DNA from: an uncultured Spirochaetota bacterium
Lineage (GTDB): Bacteria; Spirochaetota; Brevinematia; Brevinematales; JAOACQ01
Assembly: GCA_963768055.1 (NCBI GenBank)
Contig: CAVYGN010000001.1
Span: 1,624,145 to 1,688,144 of the forward strand
Length of the DNA: 64,000 bases
Direction of reading: 5' to 3'
This document shows, one piece after another, positions 10,534 through 19,844 of the stretch (position 1 is the first letter of the stretch; each line of letters starts with the position of its first letter). Position numbers and translations under genes: made by a program. The notes under the pieces were generated by a model. The model saw only the letters and a program-made list of their open reading frames with translations, was not told the origin of the DNA and made no database searches.

Positions 10534-12077
10534 CTATTGAAAGTAATAGCTGCCGTCCCTGGTCATTTCAGACCCTTCTTCTGAAATTTCAAACAGGGTG
10601 TCCTGTTTATCCTTTCCTTCATTTTCCATCCAGCTTTTGAATAGTTTGGGATCGGTTATTTTTGCCGATATTGCTCTTTCACAGACTTTATTAAAGTATT
10701 CTTCTTTCGAGAATGTTTCCATTACACTTAAGAACCCCAGGGCCCTCCGGCAATTCAGATTAGCATGAACAGCAAGGATTTGAAAGATCAACTGGTATGC
10801 GGCTTCTCCGTATTTCCTCGACTGGTCTAATAAATACTTGGGGTATCCCCCGGATAGCATCTCCCTTGTATTCTCCGGAAAATCAGTCTTTTCATATGCT
10901 GCATGTCCTCTTGGTACGACAAATTCCCGGATAAGTTTGTACTGGAAGAAGATCTTCACTAAATTGCCGGTTCTCCTGACAAAGACTTCCTCTCCACGAT
11001 ACCTGGGAGGCAGGGAATACCTCTTTTTCTCGAACTGGACAAATTGGTCCGGGTGTACCTTGGCCTTTTTCCATACGGGAGTCTTAAACCTTTCTTCAGG
11101 AAGCTTCTTAAGCAGGGGCTTCTCTATCGTTTCAAATACCTCTATTGGTTTCAAACCTGTTGTTCCATGGTTCCTCATCCCGTATTCATACCTGCACCAT
11201 TCCAGAGCTTTGATGTTTAATTCCTTTAACGAGGCTCCGGGATTAAGGGCTTTAAGTTTTCTGAAAAGCTCTCTGGCAACAGGGACCATTCTCTCTATCT
11301 TGGCTTTATCCTTTGGTTTCCTTACCCTGCAAGGATCAAGAAAAGTATTGTAATACTCCGCATAATCAGCATATGCCTGATTATATTTAGGATCGTAAAG
11401 GTCCGGTGATATGATGCCGGTTTTCAGATTGTCCAGGGATATTCTTACAGGCACACCGCCGTAAAACTCCAGCATATCCACATTGCTTTCAACGAATGAT
11501 TCCTGGTTTTGTGAATAGACATATTGAACAAATGGCAGCCTTGAACTCGACATTATTCCGATAAAAGACTGCACGATCTTGTTGTGCCCCAGGTATTCCA
11601 TTGTGCCGGCCCTGCCGTAGTCAAGCTGGATCTCCTGACCAGGGTTAGTTTCAATCCGGATGGTTTCCTTTAATTCTTTAGCTGTAAGGCCGCTCTTTAT
11701 CGAGAATCTCTTGAAACTTGTATAGCTTATGTCCAGATTATGCCTTATACAGACAACTTCAAAGGCTGTCTTGGGTTTCATTCCGTTTTTCGGGTCATTT
11801 ATGAGCCCGTACAGCTCATCTTTATATCGTTCAAGTATGCTTGTGCCTTATTTTCATTTTTTGGAGGCCCTACAAAGGGGCGTTTCAGATGGAATTCTTC
11901 CCGGCTTATTGTTTCTCCCGCCTTTTCAAAGCCGTAATCGATAATTTTTTGAATCGCTAGTCGGACTGTTTTCCTATCCCTGTTTTCCTGTTCGGAAATT
12001 TCACTTATGCTTTGATCGGCTTTCCATCGTCTGTAAATGTCATAGTAATCCTGTTCGTTCATAAATCTGTACCCCAT
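10534..12077 (-). pseudogene. istA: IS21 transposase IstA split by a frameshift near 11845
   Basis: HTH N-terminal part (11799-12077) and DDE part (QLDYG, DNLKTG, KAKIER; 10534-11781) are in different frames; the -1 frame reads ILERYKDELYGLINDPKNGMKPK into the second part. Confidence 0.85.
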
Positions 12078-12628
12078 CCATTCCCCTCCGGTTTTTTCCG
12101 GAGAGTATGTTTGATTTTTTAGATTCTGAACAGGAAAAGGTGGGTGGGGAATCTCATGGCCCTGGATGCTAAAAAGTGGGGAATGTGGTGGCCCTGACCC
12201 TGGGGAATCTCATGGCCCTATTTTGCCTTTTTACTGGGGAATCTGGGTGGCCCCGGACAGCCGGACCATATTTAACCCTAGAACCTGCTCTGCAAACAGA
12301 CATGCGAACTGCGGTTACTAACACAAATGATAAAAAATTTTTAAAGGTTAAAGATAATTTTTATGAAGCAATCGGAAAAGATAAGAAATACTTTCTGGGT
12401 ACGATAGGTTTTGATACCTATATTTTTAATAGTGTAGTTATTATTGGGTTAAACTGGTATTGGGAGGCAGAATTTGATGCAAATAATGCAAACGATTCGG
12501 ATAATGGGAAAGGACAGGGGGTATTGTACTATTTTTATCATTTTGATAAAGGGGTAAGATATTGTGTATGTATGATACATGATAAAGATTTCGACTCGTT
12601 GAAATTCATGGAACGTTTTAAGTTGACT

Positions 12629-12702
12629 GGAAAATAATGTCGGATTGTTGAATAAAGGCTAGTTTTCCTCAAATGGTGAAATTCAAGGTTTCCAATACTG
12701 AA
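12629..12702 (+). repeat. 74-bp direct repeat, copy 2
   Basis: Matches 9182-9255 with 2 mismatches. Confidence 0.95.
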
Positions 12703-12734
12703 ATTATTTCCCTTGATGAGTAAAGCTTAGACAT
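12669..12734 (-). pseudogene. Truncated HicA-family toxin (21 codons)
   Basis: MSKLYSSREIISVLETLNFTI* overlaps the hicB-like stop and ends before the catalytic GSH motif. Confidence 0.7.
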
Positions 12735-12936
12735 TGATTTTTTCTCTTCCGATAAAAATATTATTAATTTCAGGCAATTCAACTTCATCCTCAAAGTAAA
12801 GTTCAACCGCTTCTTTAAGGTTATTTGCGGCTTCGTCAATGGTTTTTCCAAAAGAGGAAACATTGACATTCAGACATTGCGAAACATAGTATTCCCCTTC
12901 CTGCCAGACTACAAAATCTACTTCCTTTTCCTGCAT
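12727..12936 (-). CDS. HicB-family antitoxin (short, RNase H-like domain only)
   Basis: WQEGEYYVSQC...VSSFGKTIDEAANNLKEAVELYFE. Confidence 0.85.
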   Translation of the reverse strand: MQEKEVDFVVWQEGEYYVSQCLNVNVSSFGKTIDEAANNLKEAVELYFEDEVELPEINNIFIGREKINV

Positions 12937-13143
12937 ATTTATCTCCTGTAAAAAATGATAATGTTAATTGATCCTTAAATCAAGTTTTATTTTTGGTCAT
13001 TAATGTTGGCTTCCATCAACAGTCTTTGACAAACAACAAAATTTGATAAGATTTTGACAAGCAATTGTTAATTAATTAAAATCTAAGAATAAAAAAGTCT
13101 CAAGTTTTGATTATAGGGCTAAGGGAATTTTGTATTCGACGGA

Positions 13144-14685
13144 GTGAACCGGATCGCCGCCATTTCGGAAACGGCGGCCAGCACGGTTTTCTACCTGCAT
13201 ACCGATAATGTCGGTTCTACTACCCTTGTCACTACCGCTAATGGAACCGCTTACCAGAAGATAATTTATGCAAACTACGGCGCGATCTACAAGGCCTGGG
13301 ACTCCGGGTCGGGAAGCTGGAATTCCCCGAATTCAGGGACCCTTTCAGACATCGGGAACTACGCGTTTACGGGCCAGGAAATAGACGGCGATACGGGGCT
13401 TTTATACTGCGGAGCGCGCTACTACGACCCGGATATCGGGAGATTTATCTCGGCAGATTCACATGTCGACGGCAAGGGCCTCGATACTCAGGGATATAAC
13501 AGGTATTCATATGCGAGAAACAACCCGATCGTTTATAATGATCCGAGCGGGCATGACTGGTTGAATGATTTGTTTGGGGGCTGGAATAAAACTGTAGAGG
13601 GTATTATTGGAGCTGTAGTTATATTAGCCGGTATAATTTCAGTATGCAGCCCCGATTTCTACGGCTCCTCAGCGGTTAGCAATTCAGTTGGATCTTTATT
13701 AATTACAATTGGGTATACAATGCTTTGCTACGCATTTAATGATCCGCAAGCTGCTCAAATAGAAACCACACCAGGCGATATACCAGTAGGACCAGATCCA
13801 GGTAACAATGGTCCTGGAGGCGGTGGCGGGGATAACAATGGCGGAAATAATAATGGAAACGGCGGCAATGGTAATGGAGGCTACCCGATCCCCGGAATCG
13901 GGGGCATGGGGTATCCAGGCGATACCACTACTGATCCCACTACTGTAAATGGCAATATTAACAATGCTGATCCCAATAACCCTAATTCAACGGCAGGAAC
14001 ATCAGGGGTTACATATAATAACGACATATCATGGCAGAACTGGTATAATCCTAGCTTCAATTATACCGCTGGCGGCACCTCACCAAACCTTACAACAACT
14101 GGCGATATAATCTATGATTATAACGGATTACAAACTTACGTTAATAATCAAACTCAAGCACCGGAGCCATGGTTTAATGTAGGAGATACTTCGGCTGCCG
14201 GTTTTTCAGACATGGTTGGTCCAGGATATTATATTTTGACCAGGGATATAGGTGGTGGTGTGTTTGACACATTTGGTTTAACTGATCCAGTACATTCAGC
14301 CTCTTTATTAGTATATACTAATTACGATGGAACAACTAATTTCCTCGCAGATGAGCTTATGCCAAGTAATGGTATGATCGTTTGGGGAGATGGATATTAC
14401 CTAAAAACATTTTCAGGAGTCTTTAATATCAATGATTCAAATTATAATAATTTTTATAATGAAATGTATAAATATAATTTTACCGTTTATGGACCTATGA
14501 ATACTGGGAACGGTAATTATGGCCCAAATTTAGTCGATGAAATGAGTAATAATCTGAATAATTGGGGCCATCCTGCATATTGGTTCTTAGGTGGGCAAAA
14601 CTGCAACAATTTGTCAGAGTATCAGTATAACACTCTATTTCCCGGCTCAATTTGGCCAAAAATTCCAGGAGCAGTAGGTCAATAA
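13144..14685 (+). CDS. 5'-truncated RHS repeat-associated core protein with C-terminal toxin domain
   Basis: YLHTDNVGS, FTGQEIDGDTGLLYCGARYYDPDIGRFISAD and YNRYSYARNNP..YNDPSGH motifs, then TM segments, a G/N-rich linker and an H...Y-x5-NCN tip. Confidence 0.9.
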   Translation: MNRIAAISETAASTVFYLHTDNVGSTTLVTTANGTAYQKIIYANYGAIYKAWDSGSGSWNSPNSGTLSDIGNYAFTGQEIDGDTGLLYCGARYYDPDIGRFISADSHVDGKGLDTQGYNRYSYARNNPIVYNDPSGHDWLNDLFGGWNKTVEGIIGAVVILAGIISVCSPDFYGSSAVSNSVGSLLITIGYTMLCYAFNDPQAAQIETTPGDIPVGPDPGNNGPGGGGGDNNGGNNNGNGGNGNGGYPIPGIGGMGYPGDTTTDPTTVNGNINNADPNNPNSTAGTSGVTYNNDISWQNWYNPSFNYTAGGTSPNLTTTGDIIYDYNGLQTYVNNQTQAPEPWFNVGDTSAAGFSDMVGPGYYILTRDIGGGVFDTFGLTDPVHSASLLVYTNYDGTTNFLADELMPSNGMIVWGDGYYLKTFSGVFNINDSNYNNFYNEMYKYNFTVYGPMNTGNGNYGPNLVDEMSNNLNNWGHPAYWFLGGQNCNNLSEYQYNTLFPGSIWPKIPGAVGQ

Positions 14686-14710
14686 TAAGATAAGCAATAG
14701 TGGAGGGAAT

Positions 14711-15277
14711 ATGTTAAAATTTATGGGGTTTGTTATAATTGCTGTGTTATTGTTTGTAACATATTTTTTCTTTATTGGAAATCGTACAAAGATGTTTGCA
14801 GTGAAAGGATATGAAAATATTGTTAATTGGGAAGGTCCTGCTGAAAGAGATAGAAAAATAATTATAGATGATAATAATATTTTTATTCAGTATACAGTTT
14901 TATTCTTAGCAGATAGGATAAATTCATCATATTCTTATCTAACAATAAAAAACAAAACAGCAAAAAATTTAAAAATATTAAAAGTTGAATTTTATCACAT
15001 TTTTAAAAGCGAATCCTTAGAAAATACTTACACAAACAAAGGGTCTATCGGAAAAGATAGATATACAGATATTCAACCTCCTTTAATATTAAGCAGTAAA
15101 ATTAACCAGGCATTTTTTAATTTTACCTCCAATAAAGTGAGCAAGGGCTTCAACGTCGGTGATATAATTAACGTTATGGTGGAAGTAGAATATGAAGTTA
15201 ACGGTCAGGTTTTAACCGTCAATGAAAATATTCCAATTGTTGTGCAGATGAGGAAAATTCCAATTGCCTGGTTTTAA
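14711..15277 (+). CDS. Putative cognate immunity protein, N-terminally membrane-anchored
   Basis: Immediately follows the RHS tip, GGAGG RBS, very low GC, single N-terminal hydrophobic segment. Confidence 0.6.
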   Translation: MLKFMGFVIIAVLLFVTYFFFIGNRTKMFAVKGYENIVNWEGPAERDRKIIIDDNNIFIQYTVLFLADRINSSYSYLTIKNKTAKNLKILKVEFYHIFKSESLENTYTNKGSIGKDRYTDIQPPLILSSKINQAFFNFTSNKVSKGFNVGDIINVMVEVEYEVNGQVLTVNENIPIVVQMRKIPIAWF

Positions 15278-15775
15278 CAATACAGCACGTAAAGTGAAAG
15301 AAAAATAGATATGTCTCAAATTTTTTACTAGGAAAAGGTATTTTAACCTAATTTATGTTATAACAATAATCATGTTGCTTAGTGAACATTGTTATTATTT
15401 TAAACATATGTCCTACGGCAACCTACTATCATCAGGTACAAAATTAAAAAAGGCAAGTTGATTTTCTTATCTATCTCAAATCCCGGTGATTTGAAGGGAA
15501 ATATTGCATTTATCAGCCGTGATATGGGATTACAATGACAAATGGTATCATTGACAAAAGGTTCCCGGTCGGCATAAAATTCAAAGGCGTATATTTAATT
15601 TTGCAGGGAAATCAATAGCGCATATCGAAAGAAATGTCTTTTGCACAAAACCGGTAATTAGCTTTCATTTACAGATTGTTGAAAGGTAATATGGTGTACG
15701 CCGGTTCTTCGTTTGACTAATAAAAAGCAATGCTATAAACAATTTGCATAAGAATAGATCTTCTTGAGGCATCGA

Positions 15776-15909
15776 ATGCCGAGAGTATTGTATATTAATG
15801 GTTTCCGGTTTTTCTTTTTCAATAATGAACGGAACGAGATGCCGCATTTCATATTATAATCTCCGATCTGGAACTATTAAAGGAGGCATGGCATGGATAC
15901 TTCGGTTAG
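15776..15909 (+). pseudogene. DUF4160-family gene with internal deletion
   Basis: N-terminus MPRVLYINGFRFFFFNNERNEMPH abuts, out of frame, the C-terminus ELLKEAWHGYFG*, which overlaps the DUF2442 start. Confidence 0.75.
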
Positions 15910-16147
15910 ATCAGGGCCGTTTTCAATATCAGCAAGAGCTATAGATGTAAAGACCACAAAAGAAGAATTATCAGTATATCTCGAGGATGGAAGGAAATTG
16001 TCTGTCCCTCTGGAATGGTTTCCGAGGCTGCGGGACGCTACGGAAGCAGAGCTGGCTGATTGGGAATTTATCGGCGGCGGCATCGGCATTCACTGGGAAA
16101 AGCTTGACGAGGACATTTCAGTCCGCGGGTTGCTGGAATCGGAATAG
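15893..16147 (+). CDS. DUF2442 domain protein (putative antitoxin partner of DUF4160)
   Basis: LEDGRKLSVPLEWFPRLRDAT...GGIGIHWEKLDEDISVRGLL. Confidence 0.9.
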   Translation: MDTSVRSGPFSISARAIDVKTTKEELSVYLEDGRKLSVPLEWFPRLRDATEAELADWEFIGGGIGIHWEKLDEDISVRGLLESE

Positions 16148-16270
16148 AAATCAGGAGAAATACCCTCTTGTTGGAGGTGTTTTTTCAATCCTAGAAGAAG
16201 AATTGAAGAATAAAATAGACCTTTTTACTGGTGAATCTGGGTGACAGATTGCATATTGATCGATTCGGCC

Positions 16271-18082
16271 CTATTCGCTCTCATCAAGCAGGGGCACTAT
16301 CATGTTCTCCCTTAATTCCTCCCTGCTCAGGAAGGGATAAAGATCCTCCAGGGGCTTGGAAATGATCCTGCCGTCCGGAAGCTTTTGAGAAGAAAGTTTC
16401 GGCTTGAATTCGTAATCCTCAGGAAGTTTAAGCTCGCAGATCAAGGGCCCGGCATGGCTTAAAACATCCTTTATCCGGTTTTTCAAATCTTTCTGGTTTT
16501 CAATAACCATTGACGGAATTCCGTAAGCGTCCGCTATTTTCCTTATATCCGGAAAGCCGACGCCCGTCGACGGATCCGTGCCTGTCCGCCTCCCGAAGAA
16601 ATTGTCCTGGGTCTGCTTGATCGAGATATATCCGTTATTATTAAAATAAAATAATTTTATGGGAAGCCTGAAAGAAGATACCGTCATTAATTCCTGGATA
16701 TTCATCTGAAGACTGCCGTCCCCGCAAAGGCAGATCACGTCTTTTTTATTGCCGGCGAAACATGCTCCTATCGCGGCGGGCAGATCGTAACCCATCGCGG
16801 CGCAGCCGGAATTCCAGATCACCCTCTGCCCTTTCCTGACAATCCCGTTCTGGAAATACGCTATGCTGGGAGTGGCGTTGCCCGCAACAACTATTGCATT
16901 ATCAGGGAGGCATTCGCTTAATACCGAACAAAAAAAGTACGGATCTATACGGGAATCCTCTCGTTTGTTCTCTTCAGGAACGATAAAATACCTGTTTTTC
17001 CTTTCTATGCACCAGTCGAGCCATCCGGACCAATCAGGGAGTTTTAATCTGCCCATAGCGCCTGTCAAATTATCAAGAAATGCTCCCGCATCGGCCAGGA
17101 TAGAAATATCGGGGACCATCGTATTTTTCAGTAATTCGGATTTATCGATATCGACGACGATCTTTTTTGCTGAACGCGCGAAATACCGGTATGAATAGCT
17201 GATCTGGCGGATATTGTTCCTCGATCCGACCGACAGCAATAAATCCGCGTTTTGCAGCGCGAAATTGCCGCTCCGGTTGCCTATTGTGCCGATCCTGCCG
17301 GCAAATAGAGGATTACCGGTTTCAATTAAATCAAAACCGTTAAAACTGCTGAGGACCGGAATTTTGATTTTTGAGATAAAATTATTTAATTTATCTATCG
17401 CATGCGCAAGGCGGATTCCATGACCGGCTAAAAATACCGGCCTTTTCGATTCAAGAATTTCTTTTATTACTGTTTGCAGCTGGGAACCGGATGGATTTAT
17501 GCCGGCGTCTATCGGATTTTTTATAGTCGAATCAGATGACAGTTTGTTTTCATCTACCTGGGCGGACTGCACGTTCATCGGTATATCCAGCCAGACGGGC
17601 CCCGGCCTCCCGGACAATGCTATTCCGATTGCTTTATCCAGTTCTTCACGGATTTTCATAGGATCGGTGACCATTTTTGCATACTTGGTAAGCGGCCTTA
17701 CGACACTTATAATATCAGTTTCCTGATCGCCCAACTGCCTCAGGGAAATATCCGGCTGTGAGTAAATTGTGGTCTCGAATTTCACCTGTCCGGAAATATA
17801 CAATACGGGGACCGAGTCGGTCCATTGACCCATCAATCCTGTCAGGGTATTTAAACCTCCGGGGCCCGTAGTGACGTTTACAACTGCAAGTTTGCCTGTC
17901 GTCCTTGCATAACCCTCGGCGGCTATGGCGCAAGCCTGTTCATGGTGATTGAAAACACATTCTATACCCGGGCAAAAGCCGAACGCGTCATTGAGATGCA
18001 TCGCTCCGCCCCCGGTTACCATAAAAACATGTTTAACTCCGATTTTATTAAGATATCCCGCAATAAAATCAGCCAAACGCAT
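16271..18082 (-). CDS. ThDP-dependent acetolactate-synthase-like enzyme (YerE-like sugar-branching carboligase)
   Basis: HHEQ, TTGPG, GDGSLQMNIQEL...NNNGY ThDP motif; lies in a CDP-dideoxyhexose cluster with no ilvN. Confidence 0.85.
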   Translation of the reverse strand: MRLADFIAGYLNKIGVKHVFMVTGGGAMHLNDAFGFCPGIECVFNHHEQACAIAAEGYARTTGKLAVVNVTTGPGGLNTLTGLMGQWTDSVPVLYISGQVKFETTIYSQPDISLRQLGDQETDIISVVRPLTKYAKMVTDPMKIREELDKAIGIALSGRPGPVWLDIPMNVQSAQVDENKLSSDSTIKNPIDAGINPSGSQLQTVIKEILESKRPVFLAGHGIRLAHAIDKLNNFISKIKIPVLSSFNGFDLIETGNPLFAGRIGTIGNRSGNFALQNADLLLSVGSRNNIRQISYSYRYFARSAKKIVVDIDKSELLKNTMVPDISILADAGAFLDNLTGAMGRLKLPDWSGWLDWCIERKNRYFIVPEENKREDSRIDPYFFCSVLSECLPDNAIVVAGNATPSIAYFQNGIVRKGQRVIWNSGCAAMGYDLPAAIGACFAGNKKDVICLCGDGSLQMNIQELMTVSSFRLPIKLFYFNNNGYISIKQTQDNFFGRRTGTDPSTGVGFPDIRKIADAYGIPSMVIENQKDLKNRIKDVLSHAGPLICELKLPEDYEFKPKLSSQKLPDGRIISKPLEDLYPFLSREELRENMIVPLLDESE

Positions 18083-19174
18083 TTATAAACCCCTTTTATA
18101 GATTAAATCCTTCAATTCTTCGTTATAAGCGTAAGGGCTGTCTATATCCTCGATTTTTATAGGTTCATCCCTGTTAATCGCCTTCAATAAAACTTCACCG
18201 GACATTAATTCCCGGCATGAAATCTGGCCTTTCAGCAGCGGCACTGCCATATAAATGTCATCGTTTATCAATGCATGCTTGAGGGTGTAACCGGCCGGCA
18301 GGTCGCGTTTCGCATATACGCCCCTGACCAATCCGTCCAGATATTCTATTTCAGCTTTACTTTGAGGCCGGAAATCGCTTCCCGGAGAACCGCTCATTTC
18401 TTTTGCTTTTTTAAAGGCCTTGATCCAAGTATCGATCTGGTGAGGCTGCGAGCAATAAGGAGAAATTTTATAGCCCTCCTCTTCAATATCGATATGTCTT
18501 TCATAAGTTCTCGCGCCCTTTGCATATGCTATCAAAATTGAAGAAGCCCAATCATGGTATTCATGGGTCGAATAACCTATAACATGATTCGGATAACGTT
18601 TTTTCAGGAAATCGATCTGGTTTAAATTCAAATCCGCATCCTCCGACGGGTATAAGGACACGCAATGATTTATTGCCAGAGGTATATTTCTGTTTTCAAA
18701 AAAAGTCACCAGATCGTCCAGATCCTTCAGGGACGCCCCGCCGATCGAAACGATAGTCGGTTTTCTGCACTTTGCCACCGCTTCAATAAGGGGCCAGTCG
18801 TTCATGTCGGAACTGGCGATTTTCAGTATTTGAACCCCCAGGTCGCTGCATAAATCGACCGATTTTTCATCAAACGGCGTGCACATTGTTATACAGCCCG
18901 ATTTTCTTGTTTCTTCGATCAATTTGCCGTATTCATCGACGCTCAGTTGCGTATCCAGAGTTTTTTTTATGTATCTTATATCGTTACGGTTAACATAATC
19001 TTTATGAATAAAATTTTTCACATCCCTGAATTGAAGTTTGATAGCCGCACGGACATTGTTAAAACGTATAATTTTAGAAAATTCACCGATTATCTTCAAC
19101 CCCCTGTCGACCTTTCCCCAGTGGTTGTTTGCCAATTCCAGAACAAATAAATCTTCAAAAAGATCCCTGTTCAT
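18083..19174 (-). CDS. NeuB/N-acetylneuraminate-synthase family PEP-dependent ulosonate synthase with SAF domain
   Basis: ELANNHWG, CTPFD, KIASSD, HCVSLYP, GYSTHE and ERH motifs; C-terminal RGVYAKRDLPAG. Confidence 0.85.
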   Translation of the reverse strand: MNRDLFEDLFVLELANNHWGKVDRGLKIIGEFSKIIRFNNVRAAIKLQFRDVKNFIHKDYVNRNDIRYIKKTLDTQLSVDEYGKLIEETRKSGCITMCTPFDEKSVDLCSDLGVQILKIASSDMNDWPLIEAVAKCRKPTIVSIGGASLKDLDDLVTFFENRNIPLAINHCVSLYPSEDADLNLNQIDFLKKRYPNHVIGYSTHEYHDWASSILIAYAKGARTYERHIDIEEEGYKISPYCSQPHQIDTWIKAFKKAKEMSGSPGSDFRPQSKAEIEYLDGLVRGVYAKRDLPAGYTLKHALINDDIYMAVPLLKGQISCRELMSGEVLLKAINRDEPIKIEDIDSPYAYNEELKDLIYKRGL

Positions 19175-19840
19175 TTAAACCTCCAAGTTTAATAACGTAA
19201 GCAGCTGGCGCATTTTATCCAGCCTGTAATCGGGATTTTCAGAATTTAACTCTTCCCGGTCTCCATATCCCCCGTAAAAAGCGGCGCTGATGCAGCCCTT
19301 ATTCCTGGCTGAACGGATATCGGCGGCTGTATCGCCGATAACTACAGTTTCTTCCCCTTCTATCTGCCATTTATCAAGCAAATCCTGTATTATATCATCC
19401 TTTGAATCGTAACTTTTTACCCCGCCGCTCGCGGTAAAAACATCCTGGAAAAAGCCTCTCAGTCCGAATTTAACCAGTAGCCTTTCCGTCGGAATAAAAG
19501 GTTTATTGGTCGCGACAAATATCTTCTTTTTATTATGAACGATTCTTAAAATTTCTTCAACACCGGGATATATACGTGAGAAAGGATAATCAGACGTATC
19601 ATAGCCTGTCCTGAAACCCGATAAAATTTTTTCCCTCATTTCAATCGATAAATCCGGGTCGATATTTTCGATCATTTTCTTTACCGGCGGTCCTATACGC
19701 AGCTTCTTTTTATTCTCCTCGCTTAAAATAAAACCGTTTTTATAAAAAGAAGATACGATCGTATCGATAATATCCTGCGCAGTATCTATCAAAGTCCCGT
19801 CAAGATCGAAGACAAGGTTCTTTATTTTTATTCCGTTCAT
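19175..19840 (-). CDS. HAD-superfamily phosphatase
   Basis: FDLDGTLIDT, ATNK and IGDTAADI motifs; likely start ATG 19840. Confidence 0.88.
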   Translation of the reverse strand: MNGIKIKNLVFDLDGTLIDTAQDIIDTIVSSFYKNGFILSEENKKKLRIGPPVKKMIENIDPDLSIEMREKILSGFRTGYDTSDYPFSRIYPGVEEILRIVHNKKKIFVATNKPFIPTERLLVKFGLRGFFQDVFTASGGVKSYDSKDDIIQDLLDKWQIEGEETVVIGDTAADIRSARNKGCISAAFYGGYGDREELNSENPDYRLDKMRQLLTLLNLEV

Positions 19841-19844
19841 AGAG

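Larger units (their letters stand above)
9669..12259 (-). mobile_element. IS21-family insertion sequence (2591 bp)
   Basis: TG...CA ends, imperfect IRs TGTCGAGGACCGGGTAGATTCCCCAGT / TGTCCGGGGCCACCCAGATTCCCCAGT, several subterminal GATTCCCCA repeats, 7-bp TSD GCCGGAC (9662-9668, 12260-12266). Confidence 0.95.
9335..12637 (+). pseudogene. Orphan immunity-like paralogue 2, interrupted by IS21
   Basis: Removing the IS and one GCCGGAC copy rejoins ...NKEDAG|PYLTLEPALQ... in frame; GGAGG RBS before ATG 9335. Confidence 0.9.

Noticed and set aside
11799-11860. Programmed -1 frameshift in istA
   Set aside because: The only long A-run lies upstream of a stop in the -1 frame, and no clear slippery heptamer lies in the permitted interval.
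12140-12250. Short spaced repeats (TGGGGAATCT) resembling a CRISPR array
   Set aside because: They are IS21 subterminal repeats mirrored at the other end (9680-9720); no cas genes are present and the spacing is irregular.
12176-12259. N-terminus of ORF 12176-12637 as a real gene start
   Set aside because: It is read-out from the IS21 end; the true 5' half is at 9335-9668.
16271-18082. Housekeeping acetolactate synthase ilvB
   Set aside because: No ilvN/ilvC nearby and the gene abuts sugar-nucleotide genes; a YerE-like role fits better.
18083-19174. Sialic/legionaminic/pseudaminic acid pathway
   Set aside because: No CMP-synthetase, epimerase or aminotransferase in the window, and the motifs deviate (GYSTHE, ERH). 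Cannot be fully excluded if partners lie elsewhere.
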